From an uncultured Planctomycetota bacterium (GTDB taxonomy: Bacteria; Planctomycetota; Planctomycetia; Isosphaerales; Isosphaeraceae): a DNA stretch of 64,000 nucleotides. Positions 23,715-34,661 of the stretch are shown one piece after another. The translations under genes were made by a program, and so were the position numbers. Position 1 is the first letter of the stretch. Each line of letters opens with the position of its first letter. Where the stretch lies: assembly GCA_963823665.1 (NCBI GenBank), contig CAWGMQ010000003.1, forward strand, positions 480,001 through 544,000, read 5' to 3'. The notes beneath the pieces were generated by a model. That model searched no databases, had not been told where the DNA came from, and was given only the letters and a program-made list of their open reading frames with translations.

Positions 23715-25108
23715 TCAAGCGAGTTGAGCTTCGGGCGACGACAGGATCAGCGCGGCCGCCCGCCGCGCGGATTCGGAGAGAGACGTGGAGCCGGCCGACG
23801 CGGACCTCGCGATCCGATCGCGCCAGTCCGCGCCGGGATCGGCCCCCAGGAGGTGCTCTGCGATCGAGACGACAACCCGGTCGAGGCCCTCCTCCCGGCC
23901 GCCGCCTCCGGCCAGGCGGAGCACCTCGGGGGGCCGGTCCAGGCCCAGCTCGCGCCCGGATGTCAGGGCGGTGGCGAAGTTCACCCGGGCGATCATGCCT
24001 CGCGAATTGAGCCAGGTCCGCCCGCCCGCCCAGCCGCCGACGTTCCTCGGGTAGAACAAGTCCTGTCCGATCCGCGCGGCCCACGTGGCCAGTGACAGGG
24101 TGCTCGGAGCCGGGTCGAGGCACTGCAGCGCCCGGACCGCGCCGACGACGAACTCGACCGGTCCCACGACCCGCGTGCCGATGTTCGCCGTCGCGAAGAA
24201 GGCTCGCGATCGCAGGATCGTCGAGACTCCCCAGCCGATATCGAGGTGATGCGCGCGCAGACCCTCCGCCAGCTCGTCCACGCCCTCCGGACGGATGCCC
24301 CCCTCGCCCATGAACGTCTCGCAGAGCCGGCCGGCCAGCCGCCGCGCCGTGGCCGGATGCGTCGAGCAGCAGCCGGATGAGGTCGAGAGCCGGCCCACTT
24401 CCCGGACTGGCCGAGGATCGTCTTCTCGCCCGGGTCATGGTTCGCGGCGTATTCGAGGAACGCGCCGTCGGCAACGGTCCAGCCGGTGAGGGCCCGCGCG
24501 GCCTCCTTCACGTCGCCCTCGGAATAGTGGCCGATCCCGAGGGTGAACAACTCCATCAGCTCGCGGGCGAGATTCTCGTTCGGGTGCCCGTTGCGATTGG
24601 CCGGGGCGTCGAGCCAGATCAGGAGGGCCGGGTCCCGCATCGCGGCGTCCAGGAGGTCGCCGAACGGGGCCCGGGCGTATCTGCGGAACAGGTCGTTCTG
24701 CCGCCGCATGGCGGCCAGGTCGTTGACCTTCTGGTTGCCGGTGGCGAAGTGGTTGTGCCACATGAGCGCGAGCCGCTCGCCGAGCGGGTCGGGGCCGAGC
24801 AGCATGCGGAAGACCCACCACGCCTTGAGGCGGTCCGGATCGGCCGTCGCGACCGCCGCCTCGGCGATCGCCGCCGAGGCCCGTTCGAACTCGGCCGCGG
24901 CCCCGGCGGGGAGAATCCGGCCGGCCAGGAGCCGGTCGACGCTCGCCTCCGGGCCATCTTCCAGGTCGCGCCGCAGCTCCTCGCCTGTCGCGGCGAACCC
25001 CGCCCGTCGGTGGAGGTGGACGACGCGGCGGAGGTCCCAGGGCGTTTCGGGCGTCGGCCGAAAGGGGGCCCAGTAGCCCCCCGCGGGGCTGTTGTCGGGA
25101 TGATTCAT
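23715..25108 (-). CDS. DUF1800 protein (frameshift near 24390)
   Basis: HLHRRAGF, ERLALMWHNHFAT, PNENLARELMELFTLG, DVKEAARALTGW. The second frame gives HPATARRLA...GQDLFYP.NVGGW. Confidence 0.9.
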
Positions 25109-25130
25109 GATCCACGCTCCGGTCGTCGGT

Positions 25131-28100
25131 TCAATCCCCCGCCTTGATGTCACCCAGCTCCTTGACTTCGCCCGCCCGGATGCCCACGTCCTCGGCCGCC
25201 CGGCCGGCGAACCGGCCGTCCTTCCAGGCGGTCAGGGTGTATTTCAGGCCGGGGACCAGTCCCGAGGTCCGGAACCGCCCATCCTTGTCGGTCCTGATGG
25301 ACGGCGGGAGGGCCCCCTTGTCGAGCTCCGCACCGTCCTCCCGGAAGAGGATCGGGCGGTTGCATGTCAACAGGGCCCCGGCCTGGGGCAGGCCGCCGCG
25401 ATCGACGAGCCGGCCGGACAGGGTCCCGCACGGCTCGAGCTTGACGGTCAGGGGGCCCGCCTCGTCGGGCTTGACCACATAGGCCCCGGCGAGGTGTTTC
25501 GCCTCGTGATAGAAGAGCAGCCCGCGCTTCCGCTGGGTCCCGAGCGCGTGCACCTCGAACTCGGCCGTGGGAAGCGGTCGCTCAGACCATCTCTGGTAGT
25601 AGTCCTCCGCGCCCAACATCAGGGCGCCGGCCACCGGCTCGCCGTCGGGGCCGACGAGCTTGCCCTTGAGCGTCCGGCCGCGGTCGAGCCCGATGTCGAC
25701 CGTGACCGATTCTTCGCCCGGCTTGGGATCGATCTCGATCAAGGTGTTGAAGTTCGCCGGTATGATCCCGTTCGGGCGCGCATTGACAACCTCGAGGCCC
25801 CGGGGGTCCCGTCCCTTGATGTTTTCGAGCCCGGCTCCTATCCGATAGGGCCCGGCGGCCCAGGCGCCCAGGATGCCCCGGCCGGGGATGACCGCAATCT
25901 GGAATTCCCCGTTCTCGTCGGTTCGGAACGGCCTCAGGAACCGGAGCGTGCCGTAGCCCGGGTAGTCCTTCACGTGCGGATTGTCCTCGAGGATGAAGTA
26001 ATTGAGTTCCGCAGGGACCGGCCTGCCGGTCGAGCGATCGATGACCCGCCCGCGCGCCCAGGCGCCGCGACTCAGGGCGAAGTCCTTGCGGACCGAGGCG
26101 GGCCCGGGTGTGTCGCCGACCTGCTGGAGCGACGGAACGTAGGGCGGCCCCTCCTTCGCGCCGGCCAGGAGCTCCTGGGCCTCGCCGAACTCGTTCTTCG
26201 GGGGTAACCCCGAGAGCCGGTAATCACCCCGCGCGTCGGTGGTCGTCTTGAAGAAGCGGAACGGATTGCCGAAGGGGCTCGTCGTCTGCACGGTGATGCC
26301 GACCAGCGGTTTGCCGGTGTCCTTGTCGCGGACCGTCCCGATGATCTCAAGGCCGGGGCCGGCCGCGAGGTCGGGCGCTGCGCCGTGATACACAACGTCG
26401 CGTCTGGGCAGGTTGTCTCGCTCAAGGGGCTGGACCTTCACCGCCGGCATGTCCCGGGTCGCGGCGTACTCGAAGACTGTCTCGATGCCCGGACCGCCGA
26501 CGAGCAACGCGGCGATCCGCTCGCGGCCGACCCCCTTGAGCGTGAACTGTCCCTCGCGGTCGGCCACGACCACGGGGAACAGCGCCGGGATGTCGTCGCC
26601 GGACCAGAATCGGAGCGTCCTGGACTGGGCCGCGTAGGCGGCTCTCTCCTTCTTCAGGGCATCGAGCCACTCGTCGAGCGTGCCGGAGTTGGGCCGGAGG
26701 ATGCCGACGAGCTGGATCGTGGCCCCGGCGACGGGCCGGCCCTGGATGTCGATCACTCGCCCTCGGATCGGCACGTCGTCCCTGGCGAGGCGGAGCACCG
26801 GCGCGGCGTCGCCGCCCGCCGGCTCCAGGAACGCCGGCCCAAATCCCTCGGCCATCGCCACGATCTGGGCCGATCGGTCCCGGGCGGCCTTCATGTCCCC
26901 CGGCGACAGGCGGAACGAGCCGTCGGGGCCCGTGCGGGTCAGCATCACCGCGGCCTTCGGCCCACGATCGAGGGGATTGGGCTCGGGGTGGGACCGGTAC
27001 ACGGTCGCCCCCGCGACGGGCTTGCCGTCGGGGTCGAGCACCCGGCCAGTCGCCGCGGCTTCGTCTTCACGGCCGGCCCTCGCGCCGGGACCGAGGGCGG
27101 ATTGCGGGGCGGCGGTCGACCCGGGCGGATCGGCCCCGACGACGGATGGACGGAACGTGGTGAAGGAGAGCGCCAGGACGGCCAGGGCCGTCCCGGCGCG
27201 GACGCCGAGGCCCCAGCGCCTCGGGCACGTCGGCTCCACGCGGAAGTCGCGATCGAGCAGCATGATGATCCTCCTCTTGAGTTGCGAGGGACGCTCCCAC
27301 AGTGCCAGCGAGCCCGCGACCGCCAGCGGCAGCGGGCGGGGCATCCGCCTCGCCCACGACAGCAGCGCCTCGGCATAATCGACCCGCCCCTGGGCCGCCG
27401 CCGCGTCGGCCAGCAGCTCCTGGTCTTCGCGGGTCCGGCGGCGGAGCCACCAGTAGGCGGGGTGCGCGAAAAGGACCGGCATCAAGAGCCCCGAGAGGGC
27501 GATCCACCAGAGGTCCCAGTTGCGGAAGTGCACCCATTCGTGCGCCAGCGCGGCCTCGAGCCGGCATCGCGGCTCGTCCTCGACGAACCGCTCGGGCAGG
27601 ACGATGGCCGGACTGCAGCACGCCGACCGCGACGGGCTGGGCCAGCCGGTCGGAGACGAGCAGGTCCGGCGCGGTCCGGCCGTCGCCGACGATCTGTGCC
27701 AGCAGATCTCGCGACCATTGCGGCGCGGGTCGCGATCGGCGCCGGAGGACGGCCGTCTGCCACAAGCCGAGCCCGAGCCAGGCCAGCGCCAAGGCCCCGC
27801 CGGCCACGAACGCCCGGCCGGCGAGGTCCGGCCAATCGGACGTCCGTTCGACCGTCGGTATCCGGACCGATGGACCGACGCCCGGTTGCGTCGCTCGCGC
27901 CGCCGGGCCGGCTGCGCTGCTCAGCCGGCCGGGAGGAACGGAGCCGTCGGCATCGCGTCCAGGGGCCCCGGCCGGGTCCCGAGTTGAGCGGGCGACGTGA
28001 TTCCGGAATCCGGCCCCGACGCCGCGGCGACGGTCGGTCGATCGGGCTGCGTTCGCCCGGGCCGGCTGCGCCAGCCCGCCCGCGGCCAGCCGGGTAAGGC

Positions 28101-28271
28101 CGCCAGGACCGCGAGCATCACCAGCCCGACGACGGCCGACCGGGCGACGGAGAGGCGACGGGCCGGTTGCCGCAGCCGGCCCATGACCACGGCCGCCGCG
28201 GCCATGACCACCGTCGCGAGGGCGTAATAGTCCACGAGCCAGTCGCTCATCGTTCCTGACCAGGGTCTCAT
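25131..28271 (-). CDS. M56 (BlaR1/MecR1-type) peptidase with carboxypeptidase-regulatory-like C-terminal repeats (frameshifts near 27925 and 27612)
   Basis: PAIVLPERF...LAHEWVHFRNWDL (HExxH), QELLAD, YAEAL, LKRRIIML; GRVLDPDGKPVAGA repeats. ATG overlaps the BlaI stop (TGATG). Confidence 0.85.
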
Positions 28272-28681
28272 CACTTCCCCCCTTCTCTGTCGTCCCGCTC
28301 CCGAGCACGTTTCTTGGCCTCGGCGATCATCGCCTCCAGCTCCTCCAGCTCTTCCAGGCTGTGCCGGCGCGACTGGAGGGCACGGGCCACGTACTCGCCC
28401 ATCGCGCCGTCGAACACCTGGTCCAGGAAGCCCCCCGCGAGCTTGCGGAACACGCTGTCGCGCCGGACCTTGGCGTAGTAGGCGTAGGCCTTGCCGGCCG
28501 ACTCGTGACCCACCAGCCCCTTCTGCTCCATGGTCTGGAGGAGGGAGAGCACCGTCGTGTACGCCAGCTCGCCGTCGCGGGGCTTGAGCTCGCCGTAGAT
28601 CTCGCGCACGGTCACGCGCCCTCGCCGCCACAGGACCTTCAGCGCCTCCAGCTCGCGCGCCGTCGGTGTCACATCAGCCAT
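28271..28681 (-). CDS. BlaI/MecI/CopY family transcriptional repressor
   Basis: PTARELEALKVLW...TVREI...LAYTTVLSLLQTMEQKGLV...GKAYAY...FLDQVFDG. Confidence 0.93.
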   Translation of the reverse strand: MADVTPTARELEALKVLWRRGRVTVREIYGELKPRDGELAYTTVLSLLQTMEQKGLVGHESAGKAYAYYAKVRRDSVFRKLAGGFLDQVFDGAMGEYVARALQSRRHSLEELEELEAMIAEAKKRARERDDREGGK

Positions 28682-28717
28682 GATCCACTCCTACTGGAAG
28701 ACACGTATCAACGTCCT

Positions 28718-29720
28718 CTATAGTACGGCACGTCCCGTAGATGTCAAGAGGTTGGATTGCGTTTTTCGCGCGGCCGCGGAGCCGGGCATACGGGCGGATA
28801 AGGCGGCGACAACGCGGCGAGGCGCAATCGCACAGATCGTTTCGGTTACCTTGCCAATGATCGGTATCTCACGTCCCATTGAGTTTCGTCCTGTTGCGTA
28901 GCATGACGTTGCGCCGTCAGCTCTCCTACCACAGATCGTCTTCAACAGGTAGTTTGCAACCGAGTTGTTTCGCCATCCCCAGAGGTACCGCGCCGCTCGC
29001 TTGGTCGCATGTTGCTGCGTCTCGTCTCCGAGGGAGGGCAGGATCTCAAGCTCACCGAAACACCGATCGAACTGCTCGAGCACCGAGCCGGTCTTGATCT
29101 GGTCGGGCGGGACCCGGATCGCGCCGAAGGCAATCCGTCCCTTCACGCCGACGTACCACTGTTTTCCCTTGGTCTGCGGTTGGCTCGCCAGGATCGACTC
29201 GACGGCGTGGAGCAATTCAACCCGAGCTGGCATTGCGAAGTTCTTCAGGTCAGGCGACTTGATGAGAACCAGCACGGTGCCGTCGCCGAGCTTCGTGAAG
29301 ACGTGGTAATTGTCGGCCCTCGCTTCCTCGACGACGATCTTCCCAAGGGCGTCGAGGATCGCTTTCGAAAGGAGGGCATCGCCACTGAACGATGCTGAAT
29401 CGAGCATGCGTTCATCGGCGGTGAGCCGGGCCGCCCGGGGGCCTCCTTCCTACCCTCACCTCGACCACCAGCGCTAGCAGAGACATCAACACGAGCGGTG
29501 CCGCCCAGAACGGCAACGGGATGAAGAAGATCGCGGGAAATCGACCAATTTTCCCGTCCGGTCTGGCGCGGTACTTCCACCAGAGGCCAGCTCCGATCCA
29601 TACCGCCGCCGCGGTCGCTCCTCCGAGCGAAAACAATCCGCTCGCCACGACAACCAGCAAGCCCAGGAGCAGCCCAAGGCCGCCGACGATCAGCCCCGAC
29701 GGATTGTAAACAATGATCAT
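28718..29720 (-). CDS. Hypothetical membrane protein (frameshift near 29440; tail beyond about 29070 uncertain)
   Basis: ORF 29412-29720 has three TM-like segments and FFIPLPFW. The downstream frame reads RAARLTADERMLDS continuously into ORF 28718-29407. Confidence 0.5.
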
Positions 29721-29858
29721 TGCCTGACCCCGAAGACCAAGCTTGGCTCTGCGAAATGCGAATCATCAACATACAAACAATCAATCTCAGCCGACCGACC
29801 CGGCGAGCATGAACCTCGATGATACCAGAACCCGTTGCGAACCCGTCCGAGCAGAGCC

Positions 29859-30097
29859 GAGCATCGGCGACGACAGTAAGCCCCAATGTTCCACGAGCAG
29901 GGCGATCAACAGGCGACCGATGCGACCGTTGCCGTCCAGGAACGGGTGGATCGTCTCGAATTGAGAGTGGCTTGAGTTCCCTCGATCTGCGACGTGATGA
30001 CCGCTTCTTTTCGGACAAAGCCGTACAGGAACCAATCGGCGTCGGGGACCATCGTGCCGGCCACGCGCAGGCGAGCCACGGCGGCGACGGCCTCGGC
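29859..30097 (-). pseudogene. Fic family remnant with internal deletion
   Basis: The N-terminal block [29 protein letters not shown] abuts, out of frame, the catalytic block [22 protein letters not shown]. Confidence 0.85.
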
Positions 30098-30531
30098 GTT
30101 TCAGCCGCGCGAACTGCATGAGCATCTGTTGCGCGGGAGGCAGCTTCACCGCTCAGCCTTACAGGAGTTTGGACCTCGAAGCGGTCCGGCAGGACCTCGA
30201 GGGTTCGCATCATCTCGTCGATGGAGCGGACCTGGGCACGGCGGACGGTCTGCCCAGCCCCGCCGAGGATTCCGGACGGCGTCGCTCCTCGGTGGAACGA
30301 AAAAAAGGGGGAGTCGATTTTGTTCGCGTTCGGTGCGGAGAGACCAAGGAACAAGACGCTGTCGGTGGCGCTCGCTTGACGATCGAAATTGACGCTGAAT
30401 TCCCGATCGGTGTCCGTCGCGATTGTCCGAAACGACTTCAATCGCTGTGCATTTTCCTGCACGTTTGCCGTGAAGGACGCGAGGAAACCCAAACACTTGG
30501 CAGGCAAGTCGTCGCTTGCCTATCATCGCGA

Positions 30532-30630
30532 ATGGCAGATGTGTTTGAAGCAATAGTTGCACCCGCAAGGCGGGCGATACTCGACGAGTTGACCGAACGA
30601 AACGGTCAGACTTTGTTCGAGATCTGCGCG
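30532..30630 (+). pseudogene. ArsR-family HTH N-terminal fragment
   Basis: MADVFEAIVAPARRAILDELTERNGQTLFEICA; similarity is lost after this point. Confidence 0.65.
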
Positions 30631-30678
30631 ATTGATTGTTCGGCGGCACGTGTTCCTACACCCTCGGAGGACCAACGC

Positions 30679-31164
30679 ATGATCACGCTCACTCGTCTTG
30701 TCACCACGGCGGCACTCGTGACAACCATCGCTTGTGCCGATTCCAGCAAAACCCAACCGCGCGCGCAGGCCGATGCTGCCCCTAAGGCTTCCGGGACGGC
30801 AAAGGGAGGTCAAAAAACCATGCAGATTTACTACCTCGAGATCGTGACCAAGGAGGTTGACGCGGTGTGCGCCGCGTACGCCGCAGCAAATGGGGTGAAG
30901 TTCGGCGAGCCGGACGCGGGGCTCGGCAAGGCACGGACGGCCCCACTGCCAGGAGGTGGACTGGTGGGGGTACGGGCGCCTTTGCGCGAGAGCGAGGAGC
31001 CGATTGTGCGGCCCTACTGGCTGGTGGATGACATCGAAGCGGCTGTCGCAGCGGCGGTGAAGGCTGGTGGTGTGATCGCCCATCCGCCCATGAAGATCCC
31101 CGGCCATGGCACCTTCGCCATCTACATCCAGGGCGGCATCAACCACGGCTTCTGGCAGCGGTAG
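30679..31164 (+). CDS. VOC/glyoxalase-like protein with possible lipoprotein leader
   Basis: MQIYYLEIVT...RPYWLVDDIEAAVAAAVKAGG.IAHPPMKIPGHGTFAIY...GFWQ; GGAGG upstream of both ATG 30679 and ATG 30820. Confidence 0.85.
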   Translation: MITLTRLVTTAALVTTIACADSSKTQPRAQADAAPKASGTAKGGQKTMQIYYLEIVTKEVDAVCAAYAAANGVKFGEPDAGLGKARTAPLPGGGLVGVRAPLRESEEPIVRPYWLVDDIEAAVAAAVKAGGVIAHPPMKIPGHGTFAIYIQGGINHGFWQR

Positions 31165-31492
31165 ATACGTGCTTGTTCGGGGAGATGCAGGCCAAATGAC
31201 GCTGGGCGGCGGCAACCTCCTTGTGCACCGGACCCTCACCGCCGCCGGAGGCGGCACGTCTCCCAACAGGCGTTAAGATTCGACCGGGTGTTCACAATTA
31301 ACAAGGAAATCGCGCAAAGCCGTAACTCGTTGAGTTGCAGCCGTGTCGATTGAGTGTTTGCACTTTTTTTGAAGGGTTTTGTGGTCGAACGCAGGAAACC
31401 GGCGCACATAGTATATGGGAGTAAAAAGGGAAGCGCGATGCTCGCGCACCTGGACACGTCCCAAGTGGGTAACACCGCCCGGGAACAAGCGT

Positions 31493-31545
31493 GAAGCGGG
31501 AGCGAGACTAGCCGGAGTCCTCGCTTACGCTTCGGGTTAGTGTGG
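31493..31545. repeat. Degenerate REP-like inverted repeat
   Basis: gaagcgggagcgagact pairs imperfectly with agtcctcgcttacgcttc, followed by gggttagtgtgg. Confidence 0.6.
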
Positions 31546-31814
31546 TCGGCAGGACGGGTGCGCAGCGTGTTACCCGAAGAACGGCGCGATTGAACCAGGC
31601 CCGAAATGTGACGAACGAACCCAATTCAGCTCAGGTGGCTGGAAATGTGTAAGTTGGAATTAGAGTGAAGGTTGGATCACGAAAACACCCATGAACTGTG
31701 CCTTGACAACGTGGCTGAATTCCGCGAACGAACCCAAATCTGGCCGATTGGAGCGGCTGCCTGGGCGGATGAAAAGCGGGCTGTCTTGGCGAATTTGGAT
31801 GTGGTTGAACCGTC

Positions 31815-32087
31815 GTGCGTCCGGAAAAGGACGTCGCGAGTTGTCGCCGGCGCCTCGTCAGTCGCGCGCTCGGCCGGTTGACAAGGCAATCGACACGGGC
31901 GGCGGACACCATCGTGAGGATTGCCAGAGAGGGCGACTCGGACGAGGTCCAGTTGAAGGCAGCCCGGGCCGTTTTCTCGGACCTTATCGCGGTTGCCAAG
32001 TTCTCGGACCTGGAAGAGCGAATGCTTGAAATCGAGGAAACGCTTCGCCCGCCGAATGGGGCTGCGAGCGACTCGAGTTCGGGCTGA
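31815..32087 (+). pseudogene. Probable C-terminal remnant of a small helical hypothetical protein
   Basis: RRRLVSRALGRL...DSDEVQLKAARAVFSD...DLEERMLEIEE looks protein-like but lacks a convincing start. Confidence 0.35.
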
Positions 32088-32104
32088 ACGCTGACCAACC
32101 AATG

Positions 32105-32697
32105 TCAGGGAAGATTGTCGGCGACGGCAATTTGACCGACCTCAATGCCGTCGATCACAACGGGCGCAACGGAGCGCCGAGGAATGGTGCGTAGACGACC
32201 CTTGTTCCATACCCGGCCGCCGTCGGATCCGTATAAGCTTCCACCTGGCGGTCGACCAGGTTGACTATCCAGTAGACAGGAATGCCGCTTCGAGCGTAAT
32301 TGATCCATTTTTCGCCGCGGTCTCTTGGGAGCGTCGCGTCCGAAACTTCTACCAAGAGCGAGACGTCTTCCGGGCCAGGATGGCGATGCGCGTAGGCCTT
32401 GGGATCGCCACGCACGATGGCGATATCGGGGCGTGGCTCATCGAAGTCTGGGATCCGAACCGGCTTATCCTCTCTCACGAATCGACCGCTGGGAAGCATC
32501 GGTTGAATGCGTCCCTTGAGCAGTTCCGTCGCGAGCACGTGAGACGGCTTCATCTCGCCTCTTCCTACAATGTAGCCATCAATCAACTCGACCTGGTCGT
32601 CGTCGAGCGAATCGGCGATCCGTTCGAACTCATCCACTGTGAAGCGGTAAAAAGGGGCCGGCGATTGCAACAATTGCGACGGTGTGATCGTGGACAC
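32105..32697 (-). CDS. Uma2/DUF820 family endonuclease (frameshift near 32180)
   Basis: YRFTVDEFERI, VELIDG, EPRPDIAIV, LLVEVSD, YARSGIPVYWIVNL. The terminal PVVIDGIEVGQIAVADNLP is in the adjacent frame ending at 32105. Confidence 0.88.
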
Positions 32698-32926
32698 GAT
32701 CGAGGCCCCTTGAATCACGGTGTACGGCCAGGTGGCGATTCTTCAGAATTCTATCAACGCCGGCGACTGCCGGCCACCAGTTTCCGGGCTCTGCTCGCCG
32801 GCACCCGTGAAAGTTGCCCCGTCGTATCGGGCGCTGGTAAAGTACATGGCATTGCTTGAGCAGGTCGCCGGTCGCCTCAAAGAATTCTTCGACCCGACGA
32901 GTGGCTGACATTGATCGGGAAAATCG

Positions 32927-34624
32927 GTGCTGCGCGAACTTTCCGTGCAAAATCTGGCGCTCATCGAAGACGTGCGCGTCGAGCTCGAGGGTGGATATTG
33001 CGCCTGGACGGGCGAGACTGGCGCTGGGAAGAGCCTGCTTCTGACCGCGCTGGCGCTCGTGCTGGGCGGCAAGGCGTCCGCTGAGATGATCCGCACGGGC
33101 AAGACCGAGGCACGTGCGGCGGCGGTCTTCGATGTCGATCGACCTGCTCTCAAGGCCGAGATCGAAAGCACACTGGGAGGGGCGCTCGAGGACGGCGCGC
33201 TGATCATCACTCGACGGATCGCCGCGCAAGGGCGCGGCAGCGCCCACGTCAACGGGCTGCCCGTCACGATCAGCACGCTGGAAAAGCTGGGAGAGATCCT
33301 GGTCGACATCCACGGCCAGCTCGAGGGACGGGCGCTCCTCGACCCTGCTCGACAGCGTGACCTGCTGGACGCGTATGGGGGGCTCGGCGCGAAGCTCGCG
33401 GCTTACTCTCGGGCTCGGCAGAAACACGATGCCCTCCGCCGGCAGAGGCAAACGCTGCTCGAAGCCGTCGAGTCGCGCGAGCGGGAGCGCGCTTTGCTGG
33501 AGTACGAACGCGACGAGCTGGCTGGGGCGGAGCCGAAGCCAGGCGAGTACACCGAGCTGGCCCGCGAGGCCAATCTGCTGCGCAACGCCGGCCACATCCG
33601 ATCCGCAGCTTCGGCCGGTTATGCCCTGCTCTACGAAGCCGACCGATCGGCACAGGACGTGTTGACGCAGGTGGCACGATCGCTCGAGCCCTTGTCGGAG
33701 GCGGCGAACGAGCTGGCTTCGGCCGTCTCGACGCTCGAGCGGCTCGCTGATGAAACTCGCGAGGTCGCCTATAGCCTCCGCGGCCTTGCCCAGGGGTGGG
33801 GCGATGACCCCGGGCGGCTCGAGGCGCTCGAGACCAGAATGGCTGCCTACCGGCGGCTGGCCACGCGGTTTCACTGCACACCGGATGAGCTGGCGCCGCG
33901 ACTCGCCTCGACCGAAGCACGGCTCGAACGGTTGGAATGCGACGACGCCGAGCTGCGATCGCTCGAGAAACCGCTTGCCCAGGCTTGGACCGCGGTGAAG
34001 CATGAAGCGAACGAGCTCTCGATGGCGCGCCGGAAGCTCGCGAGGAACTTTCCGCGCGCCATTCAGAAACGGCTGGGCCCGCTCGGACTCGGCGGCTCGA
34101 CGGTCTCGGTTTCCGTGGAAACTCGCGAGCTGGGAAATGACCCGGCGGCACACACGCCGCCCGAATGGGGAGCGGATGAGGTTGAAATGCTTTTCTCGGC
34201 CAATCCCGGCGAAGTGCCGCGGCCGTTACGGAAGATTGCCTCCGGCGGCGAGCTCTCGCGACTCACGCTCGCCGTGAAAACGGTGCTGGCAGCCGTGAAT
34301 CGCGTGCCGACACTCATCTTCGACGAGATCGATACGGGCGTCGGCGGCCGGCTTGCACGGGCGCTGGGCCAGGCACTTGCCGAGCTGGCGCACCACCATC
34401 AAGTCATCTGCGTCACGCACCTGCCGCAGATCGCCAGCTTCGCAGAACGGCACTGGGCGGTTCGCAAGCGCATCGACCGCGGGCGCTCTCGCACCACGAT
34501 CACTCGTCTCGACGACAAGGATCGAATCGAGGAGCTTGCGGCCATGCTGCGCGGCGAATCCGCAGCCGAGGGCACGCGGAAGGAGGCCCTGGCTATGCTC
34601 CAGGAAGCGCGGGCGATCCGATGA
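32927..34624 (+). CDS. recN: DNA repair protein RecN
   Basis: Walker A TGETGAGKS, VDIHGQ, coiled coil, IASGGELSR, LIFDEIDTGVGG, ICVTHLPQIA; 565 aa. Confidence 0.97.
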   Translation: MLRELSVQNLALIEDVRVELEGGYCAWTGETGAGKSLLLTALALVLGGKASAEMIRTGKTEARAAAVFDVDRPALKAEIESTLGGALEDGALIITRRIAAQGRGSAHVNGLPVTISTLEKLGEILVDIHGQLEGRALLDPARQRDLLDAYGGLGAKLAAYSRARQKHDALRRQRQTLLEAVESRERERALLEYERDELAGAEPKPGEYTELAREANLLRNAGHIRSAASAGYALLYEADRSAQDVLTQVARSLEPLSEAANELASAVSTLERLADETREVAYSLRGLAQGWGDDPGRLEALETRMAAYRRLATRFHCTPDELAPRLASTEARLERLECDDAELRSLEKPLAQAWTAVKHEANELSMARRKLARNFPRAIQKRLGPLGLGGSTVSVSVETRELGNDPAAHTPPEWGADEVEMLFSANPGEVPRPLRKIASGGELSRLTLAVKTVLAAVNRVPTLIFDEIDTGVGGRLARALGQALAELAHHHQVICVTHLPQIASFAERHWAVRKRIDRGRSRTTITRLDDKDRIEELAAMLRGESAAEGTRKEALAMLQEARAIR

Positions 34625-34661
34625 GAGCTCGGTTTTCGGAGCACAGGGGAAACGCCCCGCG

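Noticed and set aside
30118..31164. Single 348-aa protein from the ORF track
   Set aside because: It is a chance read-through of unrelated sequence, an ArsR fragment and the VOC gene, which has its own RBS.
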